This document shows, one piece after another, positions 56,377 to 64,000 of a stretch of DNA of 64,000 nt. Both the position numbers and the translations under genes were made by a program. The notes beneath the pieces were generated by a model. The model saw nothing but the letters and a program-made list of their open reading frames with translations. It made no database searches and was not told the DNA's origin. The DNA lies in NCBI GenBank assembly GCA_963707505.1, contig CAVPQB010000004.1, positions 320,001-384,000 of the forward strand, given 5' to 3'. The stretch's first letter is position 1, and every line of letters starts with the position of its first letter. Source of the DNA: an uncultured Gemmatimonadales bacterium (GTDB taxonomy: Bacteria; Gemmatimonadota; Gemmatimonadetes; Gemmatimonadales; Gemmatimonadaceae).

Positions 56377-58473
56377 ATGGATCTACGGTTCGGCAAAATC
56401 GGGAAGAGGCAATATATAACGGCGGCCATCGCGGTTCTCATCGTCGCGATTTACGGGTCCGACGCGTGGCTTGCGACCTGCGGCGGTGAGGGATGCCCCA
56501 GCGCGGCCGACATCCGGTCGTTTCATCCGGACGAAGGCGGACGAGTACTCGACCGGGAAGGAAACTTCATCAGTCGGCTCGCCGTCGTGCGCCGCGTCAA
56601 CGTACCATTGAGCGCGGTTCCGGTTCCCGTGCGCCAGGCATTCGTCGCGACAGAAGACCGCCGATTCTATGACCATCAGGGGATCGACTGGCACGCACTC
56701 GTGCGCGCGACGCTTCGGAACATTCGCGCTGGCGGTGTGCGTGAGGGGTTTTCCACGATCACCATGCAGGTAGTCCGAAACACCTTCGCCGTTCGTCGGT
56801 ACAGCGGCCGCTCCTTTCGCCAGAAGCTGCTGGAGATGCGCCTCTCTCGGCTGCTCGAGCGCAATCTGACCAAGAATCAGATATTGGAGCTCTACCTCAA
56901 CGTCATCTACCTGGGCAACGGCGTGTACGGTGTAGAGGCAGCGAGCCGAGATCTGTTCGACAAGAGTGTGGGCGATCTCACAGTGCCGGAAGGCGCCATG
57001 CTCGCGGCGCTGCCCAAAGGACCGTCAGCGTACACCCCGCGTCGCTCACCGCGCAGAGCCGTCGCGCGTCGCAATCTCGTGCTCGGATTGATGGCGCGCG
57101 AAGGATACATCTCAGCTGCCGCGGACAGCCAGTACGTGAAGACTCCACTTCGTGTGGCTAAGAACGAATGGCGGCCGGACATGTCCGGTGACTCGTACGC
57201 CATCGACGCGGTGCGTGATGTCGTTGATTCCGTCCTCAAGGGCGGATCGCGCGACGTGAACGATCTCACGGTGTACACGACGCTCGATGAGCGAGCGCAG
57301 ATCGCCGCCGATCGCGCGGTCCGGCGCCAGGCGGCGGTGATCCAGCAGGAGTCCGACCGCCGCGGTCCGCACGTCGAGGGAGCAATGGTGGCACTCGATC
57401 CGCGCACGGGTGACATCCGCGCACTCGTCGGCGGACGGACATTCGAACGCGGCGGATTCGATCGTGCGTTGCTCGCGCACCGCCAGCCGGGCTCTGCATT
57501 CAAACCGTTCGTGTACGCTACTGCACTCGCGGCAGGCTACACACCGGCGAGCGAAGTGGATGATGCACCCATCTCGGTCAAGGTGGGCAACACGATATGG
57601 TCTCCGAAGAACGACGGCGGCGAATATGGCGGACATGTGACGTTCCGTCGCGCGCTCATGCGATCCGAGAATACTGCGGCGGTTCGCGTCAGCCAGCTCG
57701 TCGGCATTCCAGCGATTATCGCGACGGCGCACCGCTTCGGCATCCGCAGCGATCTACCCAACGTTCCATCCGCGGCACTCGGCGCGCTCGAAGTCACGCC
57801 AATGGAGCTCGCGACGGCGTACGCACCATTTGCGAACGGAGGCTTTCGCGTGACGCCGCGACTCGTGCGACGCATTCAGACTGCGGACGGCCAGGTTCTA
57901 TGGAGCAGCGACAACCAGCGCGTGCGCGTCATGACTCCGCAGGACGCGTATCAGATCACGTCGATGCTTCAATCAGTCGTCAACTACGGCACGGGCTACG
58001 TCATTCGCGACCTCGGCGTCGACGGCCTCGTTGGAGGCAAGACCGGCACGACCAATGACGGCGCCGACGTCTGGTTCATGGGCTTCACGCCGACGATCGT
58101 CGCCGGATTCTGGTTCGGCTACGATACGCCGCGGCCCGTCGGATACAACGCGTCGGGCGGCCGCCTCGCAGCACCGGCGTGGGCGGATTTCATCACGAAT
58201 GGATGGGATGAACCCGATCCCCCGAATTCATGGGCGCCACCGGCGGGAATGGTTCCGGCGACGATCGACGCGCGAACAGGATATCTCGCGACAGAATGGT
58301 GTCCGATCAGGCAGCGAGAGTACTTCAAGCCGGGAACGCTGCCCACGACACCGTGTCCCGTGCACTCCGGCCCACCGGAGATCCAGCTCGACAGCACGCT
58401 GATACAGGTGCCGAACGCGGTGGAGAAGATCGGGAAGGGAATTGGTGGATTCTTGCACAGGATCTTTCACTGA
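56377..58473 (+). CDS. Class A bifunctional penicillin-binding protein (PBP1A family)
   Basis: Transglycosylase EDRRFY.H.G, G.STITMQ, YLN.IY.G; transpeptidase SAFK, SEN, KTG. Confidence 0.95.
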   Translation: MDLRFGKIGKRQYITAAIAVLIVAIYGSDAWLATCGGEGCPSAADIRSFHPDEGGRVLDREGNFISRLAVVRRVNVPLSAVPVPVRQAFVATEDRRFYDHQGIDWHALVRATLRNIRAGGVREGFSTITMQVVRNTFAVRRYSGRSFRQKLLEMRLSRLLERNLTKNQILELYLNVIYLGNGVYGVEAASRDLFDKSVGDLTVPEGAMLAALPKGPSAYTPRRSPRRAVARRNLVLGLMAREGYISAAADSQYVKTPLRVAKNEWRPDMSGDSYAIDAVRDVVDSVLKGGSRDVNDLTVYTTLDERAQIAADRAVRRQAAVIQQESDRRGPHVEGAMVALDPRTGDIRALVGGRTFERGGFDRALLAHRQPGSAFKPFVYATALAAGYTPASEVDDAPISVKVGNTIWSPKNDGGEYGGHVTFRRALMRSENTAAVRVSQLVGIPAIIATAHRFGIRSDLPNVPSAALGALEVTPMELATAYAPFANGGFRVTPRLVRRIQTADGQVLWSSDNQRVRVMTPQDAYQITSMLQSVVNYGTGYVIRDLGVDGLVGGKTGTTNDGADVWFMGFTPTIVAGFWFGYDTPRPVGYNASGGRLAAPAWADFITNGWDEPDPPNSWAPPAGMVPATIDARTGYLATEWCPIRQREYFKPGTLPTTPCPVHSGPPEIQLDSTLIQVPNAVEKIGKGIGGFLHRIFH

Positions 58474-58490
58474 CGCGTAACTCCATCCGC

Positions 58491-61400
58491 TCAACGCGGA
58501 TTCAACGCGTCCTGGCCGTGTACGTCATCGGGTGCGGCCAGCAGGCGGTTCGCTGGATATGGCAACATTCGTAGCTGCAGCTTGTCCAGAATTGAGGGCA
58601 GGACGCGCCGGATGCTGACATGGCCGAGCTCCGTCGTGAGATCGAACGCCGCGAGTTGCCGTTTCGTCGCTTCCTTTATGTTGTAATCGTCGCCCTGACT
58701 CGCGAGATACGTCGCGAACTCGAGAAATACGGAGTCGCGCGCCGCCATGTAGGATCTCTCGGCGCTGCGAAGACTGTCGACCTGCACCCGATTGAGCAGC
58801 AGCGAGTCCGACTCGGCGAGTATCTCCCGGTAAGGATCTGGAATTACTCTGTCGTAATTCCGCTTGATCTGCGCGGCCGTCAGACGCGGTCCGGGAAAGC
58901 CATGCCGCCCGCGCCGAACCCACCGCTTCACGAAGCTCTCGTACGGGTCAGGTGCAAGATCGACAGTGATATCGAGGGTGACGCGGAACGGTGCGCGAAT
59001 CGTCGTTGCGTTCGAGCGTGTGTCACCGAATCGCGAATTCACTCCATAGTCGAAGCGATGGGTTACCGGGTCGAATCCGCGTACGCTGTACAGCACCGGA
59101 TCGGGAGTCGCGAAGGCTCCCCATCCCCTCAGGTGATCGGCTCCGTGCAGCAGCTGGTCCAGCCCGCCAAGTGCGTTGGAGAAGTGGAGCGCAACCGAGC
59201 CACGTCGCGCGTACGGCAGCTTTCCGTAGTACGTCAGCTGCGCATCCAGCATCGCGGTCCACGGACCCTCGCAGCTGTTGCGACCGGCGGCGTCGGCCGA
59301 GTTGCCGCTCGAGACAGTCCCGTGTTGCGGGTTGCGCATCGCGCAACAACGTGCGCATTCCACTCGCCAGCGTGACATCGGGTGTGTTGGCTGGGTCGTA
59401 GATGAACGCACGATCGTTGCTGAGACCGTCTCCGTTCACGTCCCCATTTATGAGCGGAGTGAATGGCAGACCCGACTGGATCCTGCCGAATATGGTGAAA
59501 GTCATGTGGCGCGCGAACAGCCCGCCCTGCGCCATGATCTGGTGCCTTGCGTCGAGGCTGCTGCGCCCCCATTCTCTCGTTGCAGGCGATCCGAACGTGG
59601 CGCCGTCGAATCCCGTCGTCCGTTCGCGCGTGCTCGCAAGACTGTAGCTCACAGATGTGAACCAGGATCCCAGATTGCTCAGATCCGGTGACAGCGTGAG
59701 TGTCGCGCGCCTGTTGATGGAGCGATTCGTCGATACGTTGTCGAAGACGTGCCCGAAGGTCGTCGTGCGACGTGCATCGGCCGACGCAACGACGCCCACT
59801 CGCTGGTACGATGCTTCCCGGGGCGACGAATACGGGACGTCCTTCGTCGGTAGTGAATACCGACACGTCATTGAAGTTGAGATCGACGCGTCCGGGCTGG
59901 TCCACATTGAACGCGTAGAATCCATCGAGCACGTAATTCACGTGCCATGTACTCGAGGTGTAACTCAGATTTCCGCGCCAGCTGTGCGGCGTGCGATACG
60001 ACGGATCGACCAATGCGACACTGGATGCCGTCGAAGCTAATGCACGTGGCGCGGCGTTCGCGCAGCTCGCCGGCGTGGCATTCGGATCGGTGATGTACGA
60101 GGACCACGTTGGAATCGGAGTGGCGCTTCCCACGCACGTCAATATCGATTCTCCGTTCGCCAAGCCGGTCTGCGCACTGGTTGCAGCGATCAGATCCGGC
60201 GCCATGAAGCTTCGGAACTCGCCGAAACCGCCGCGCAGAGTGCCACTCGCAAACCCTGGAAATTGACCGATTATTCCCAGAAGATCGCGTGTGTAGGTGT
60301 TGCCGCGATGACTCCAGGTGAAGCCGAATCGAGGGCTCACTCCGTATCCGTTCGGCGCACGATCGGTGCGCATTCCGAACGCCGATTGCACTGCATCGTT
60401 CTCGCCCGGCATGGTCAGAAAGCGGGTTCCCTCGAGACGCATCCCGTACAGCAGCTCAAGGGACTCGCCGACGCGCCACCAGTCGCCCAATGCAACGTAC
60501 GCGTTGGCAACGCGCCCCGATTGATCCGGTGCGTTCAGAAGGCGAGTAAATGACGACGGACGGTTGCCAGCAAGATCGTCGATCGATTGAAATGTGAAGG
60601 CGCCCAGTGACGGTAGTTGATGCATCCGATTCCCATCCACGCGCGCGTCTGCGGATAGCTTGAGCCTGTGGGTCGGATGGTTCGCCGGATACAACTTGAC
60701 GTCGCCGGACGTCTCCCACGTCCAGCGATCGATCGTCGGTTGCGTTGTCGCGCCGCCGAGCGTAATCGGAACCACACTCGCCGCGCTCGTGTCGGCTGAC
60801 ATTGCGGATGCGAGAAACAGCGTAGCAGCGGGGATGCGCATGGTCGGCACGCTCGCACGATGGCTGAGTGATATCCCTGTCGTTCCCTCTGCAAGCACAT
60901 TGTCGCGAACGTGGCTGACGATATGTCCCTGCAACGCAAGATCGCGGTTGCGCGGCCGACTGGTCGCGCTTGCAGTGGCCGTGGGAGTGAGAGTTCCGAT
61001 ATTCTGGCGGTCGATGGAGCCGTATCCGAGGATCGTCCATGTCGTTTTGGTATCCTCGAACGTGGCCCAGTTGCTGGGTGCATTCCCGATCTGCCCGATG
61101 AATGTGACGCGATCGGAGGTGTGCATTCCGCCGTTGCGATCCGCCTGGTCCGTCAGGCCCACTGATGAGAGAGCGGTCTCGAGTCGCGCGACTGAATCCC
61201 GCGAGATTCCGGACTGAGATGCAATGCGTCCCGGCGCAGTGAACAGCGACACGGGCCGATCGAGCTGTCGAGATGCGGTCAGCCCGTAGTTGTACGCAAT
61301 CTTATCGAGATGCGTCCGGTCCGCGCCGCCGATGTTCGCGATGACGCGTGTGAAGGGTTGGCCAAGCGCTCGCGAGGTCGGATCAGCGTACTGCAACTCC

Positions 61401-62170
61401 GGGGCGTCGAGCGTGAGGTGCGCGCTGCGGATCGAGGCGATGACGTCGTCTGCCAGCTCGATCTGTTCCTGCGCGCCACCAAACCAGCCGCGCGCCGGTT
61501 CGTACGTCGATGTTGCGATTCTGCTGCGTGCAACCGCGCTGCGTGGAAGTTCGGCGCCGGTAAAACCTAGCCCGTTCAGCGTGGCTGCGTTCTGGCCGGG
61601 ATCGATTCCAGCGAGTGACGTACCGCCCGGCGTCATCACCGTTCCCGGAACTGTAGTGAGCATCGCAGCCAGATTGCCTTGCAGATCGGGTGCTATCGCT
61701 CCTGTCACGCCGTCGTATGCGTCATGCTCGACGCCGCCGGGTCCGGGCGTAGCGGCGAAGTCAGCCCCGCCGTAGAGTTGTGGCTTGCGGGTCCGGACGT
61801 TCACCGTTGCCAGTTGCCGCGCGCCGGTACGGAGGAGATGAAGGTCGACTACAAAGACCGAGTCACGCCCAGTCCGCGTCACACGTTTGCGCATGGCATC
61901 CATACCCGGAGCAACAGCATGCACGAGATAGTCGCCACTTCCCTGCTCGAACACGATCTCGTAATACCCGCTCGAATCGGTTTGCGTCTGGCGATACGAT
62001 CGGTCTGGCGCCATCGTCACCGTTACTGTCGCACCAGCGACAGCCTTGCCGCTATCTACTGTGATATGACCATGCAGCACATCGCGGCCGAGCGGCGGTG
62101 ACGTCTGTGCCGCCAACGATTGCGTGATTCCAAGTACCAACGCCAGCGCACAGAACAACGGTCGAGACAT
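58491..62170 (-). CDS. Second Oar-like TonB-dependent receptor, paralog of 5330-9134 (about 1225 aa; frameshifts near 59796 and 59296)
   Basis: Signal peptide, GSGDYLVH, TYEPARGWFGG, SPRFGFTW, GDVNGDG..DRAF, RNSCEGPW, PFRVTLD; collinear with the first copy across three frames. Confidence 0.8.
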
Positions 62171-62267
62171 CGTACCTCGCCGGAGAGGATTGCACGTGCG
62201 CCTGGCGCTGCGCAACGCAGTGGCCTTGCTTGCTGCCGATGGCTACGCAAGCGAACGTACGACTTCC

Positions 62268-62308
62268 AGGTTACACGGCGATGACGCGCGTATTAAGAAT
62301 CGGTTAAG
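62268..62308 (-). promoter_or_regulatory. Candidate OmpR/PmrA-type direct repeat CTTAA-N6-CTTAA plus TAACCT -10 box
   Basis: Repeats at 62304-62308 and 62293-62297; -10-like hexamer at 62268-62273, 19 nt downstream. Confidence 0.45.
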
Positions 62309-62496
62309 CGTTGTGGGATGCGGGCCGGTCCTTCGGCGCGATGAGATTGCGTGCTTCGCTGGTGGGCAGTGCCACGATGTGATCACGCTCGCACATCCTG
62401 GATATCTCGGTTGTGGTCGCGCCCGTGACACTTTCGGTACGTGAGCCCATCGCGACGCGGTGCCGTTGGCCGGCATTCGCCGGCCGACTCTGGCAC

Positions 62497-62532
62497 AAAC
62501 AAAAACGTCCGGCTGGTCTTCCCAGCCGGACG
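62497..62532 (-). terminator. Intrinsic terminator after the DUF1501 gene
   Basis: 11-bp perfect stem cgtccggctgg/ccagccggacg followed by TTTTTGTTT on the minus strand. Confidence 0.85.
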
Positions 62533-62558
62533 CATCTTTTCTCGTCTCATCTCTCCGC

Positions 62559-63803
62559 TCACACGAGCCCGAGCCACTCTTGTGGCCCGCCCGTGTATCC
62601 GGGAAATATCTTTTCTACTCGCGATGCTCCAAGATGCTTCACGGCTACCTCGCTGAATACCGTGCGAAAGTCCGTGGTCAGCTTGAGATCGCGCCCTTCA
62701 TTCAGCTGCTCCGGTGCGAGCCCAGGCCACTTGCCGTAGACCTTGCCGCCTTTCACGCCGCCACCCAGGGCGAAGAACGCCGTCGCGTGGCCGTGATCGG
62801 TACCGCGATTCCCGTTCTCCCGCGCCGTACGTCCGAACTCCGACATCGTAAGCACGAGCACGTCGTTCATCTGATCGCCCATATCCTGCGTGAACGCTGC
62901 GAGTGATTTCGCAAAGTCGTCCAGTCTTCCCGCAAGCTGTCCCGTGCCATTTCCCTGATTCACATGCGTGTCCCATCCACCAACGTCGGCGAACGCAACC
63001 TCCAAACCTACATTCGACTTGATGAGTTGCGCAATCTGCATGAGCCGCTGACCAAACTGCGTCTTCGGATAGGCAGCGTTGTTGCGTGGCGCGTACTGCT
63101 GAGGATTGGCGTTTTTGAGAAGCTTCACGGCGTCGAACATTTCCTGCCCGGTTCCGTGCACGAGATCCGCGCTCCCTGTACGGTAAAGCGCCTCGAGCCG
63201 CTCGGTCTCGCTTCCCGTCGCCCGAACCGAAAATTCACCCAGTGAGCTCATCGCAATCGTCTCGGCGGGACCCTCGAGTATGCGAGGCGTCTGCGGCGTC
63301 ATCGCAATCGCGCGGAACGGCTCCGCCTGACACTGCTGACACGTGCCCTCCACCGCGAGAAGGCGATTGAGCCATCCGTCCGGTGTTCCCTTCACGTCCG
63401 GCGTTCCCGTTTCCATGAAGTCCTGCGCGTCGAAGTGAGAGCGCGACGTGCTCGGACTGCCTACAGCGTGGATCGGTGCAAGCAGTTTCTGATCCCAGAG
63501 CGGCTTGAGCGGCGCGAGCGACGGATGCAGGCCGAAGAATCCGTCCAGATCGATCGCGCCCGCGGCCTGTCCGGGTCGCGCAACTGCGATCGTCGGACGC
63601 ATGTCATAGTACGCCTTCTCCCCGTGCGGAACCACGACGTTCAATCCGTCCGCCGCACCACGTTGAAAGAGACATACAAGCGTCTTCCCCCTGGGGACGT
63701 TCTTCAGCTCCATGCCATACGCCATTCTGCGCAGGAAACTGGGACTCAATCCCATTGTAACGAGCGCCAACGCTCCCGACTTCACGAATACTCTGCGGTC
63801 CAT
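62559..63803 (-). CDS. DUF1501 family protein with Tat-type signal
   Basis: MDRRVFVK, RGAADGLN.VVP, FGLHP, RSHF.AQ, GGWDTH, SEFGRT..ENG..GTDHG, TTDFR; GGAGG Shine-Dalgarno. Confidence 0.92.
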   Translation of the reverse strand: MDRRVFVKSGALALVTMGLSPSFLRRMAYGMELKNVPRGKTLVCLFQRGAADGLNVVVPHGEKAYYDMRPTIAVARPGQAAGAIDLDGFFGLHPSLAPLKPLWDQKLLAPIHAVGSPSTSRSHFDAQDFMETGTPDVKGTPDGWLNRLLAVEGTCQQCQAEPFRAIAMTPQTPRILEGPAETIAMSSLGEFSVRATGSETERLEALYRTGSADLVHGTGQEMFDAVKLLKNANPQQYAPRNNAAYPKTQFGQRLMQIAQLIKSNVGLEVAFADVGGWDTHVNQGNGTGQLAGRLDDFAKSLAAFTQDMGDQMNDVLVLTMSEFGRTARENGNRGTDHGHATAFFALGGGVKGGKVYGKWPGLAPEQLNEGRDLKLTTDFRTVFSEVAVKHLGASRVEKIFPGYTGGPQEWLGLV

Positions 63804-63867
63804 CTTGATTCGTCCTCCAGTTGCGACGCGCTATGCCTCACGTCTACTTGTATTCTCGTTGTCTTCT

Positions 63868-64000
63868 CTACCTGCGTTGGAACTCGGGCGATCCGAGAGC
63901 AAATCCAACCATCTGCGCCAGCCCGGTAAGCTGCGGCGTGGGACCCACTATCGGATTGCGCGCGAGCGCGCGTCCCAGTCCGGCCAGTCCCGGGGTTCCC
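63868..64000 (-). CDS. 3' end of a DUF1800 family protein (truncated by the window edge)
   Basis: Hand translation ends ...LAQMVGFALGSPEFQRR*, the typical DUF1800 C-terminus; DUF1800 usually precedes DUF1501. Confidence 0.75.
   Translation of the reverse strand, partial: GTPGLAGLGRALARNPIVGPTPQLTGLAQMVGFALGSPEFQRR

Noticed and set aside
62216..62496. Short ORFs or an ncRNA in the gap between receptor 2 and DUF1501
   Set aside because: No ribosome-binding site, motif or convincing secondary structure; only the promoter-like elements were kept.

Overview
This is a GC-rich, gene-dense bacterial chromosomal segment with about 48 CDS. I saw no rRNA, tRNA, CRISPR array, transposase or phage gene. 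Gene content suggests Gemmatimonadota (inference): several carboxypeptidase-regulatory-like/TonB-type envelope proteins, long-form IspH, ThyX, AroH and DUF1800/DUF1501. Recognisable genes include a DExH helicase, gmhA, ispH, a thiolase/3-hydroxyacyl-CoA dehydrogenase/FAD-oxidase/thyX run, an MFS transporter opposite pxpABC, a BMP-type nucleoside ABC transporter, nadB-nadA-nadC, AcvB/VirJ, aroH, an acyl-CoA dehydrogenase, YyaL, an M20 dipeptidase, a LytS/LytTR pair with cupredoxin and DUF2231, tamA/tamB, rho and a class A PBP. Seven genes carry frame breaks and rho looks internally shifted. Every break is a single extra base, so these are treated as sequencing errors rather than pseudogenes. 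I found no single obvious new multi-gene system. The best leads are: (1) an unannotated 57-aa six-Cys zinc-finger microprotein directly after nadC; (2) a helicase whose motif Ia precedes Walker A; (3) 13 genes with a TANNNT box 5-8 nt before the start codon, suggesting widespread leaderless mRNA; (4) a LytTR module with a 21-bp-periodic operator in front of a divergent outer-membrane-protein gene; (5) two Oar-like receptors with a helical LTxxQ-type tail after the barrel; (6) a stand-alone sigma54-type unit for a 68-aa acidic protein; (7) REP/REPIN-like hairpins around ispH. All family assignments come from motif recognition by eye; no database was searched.
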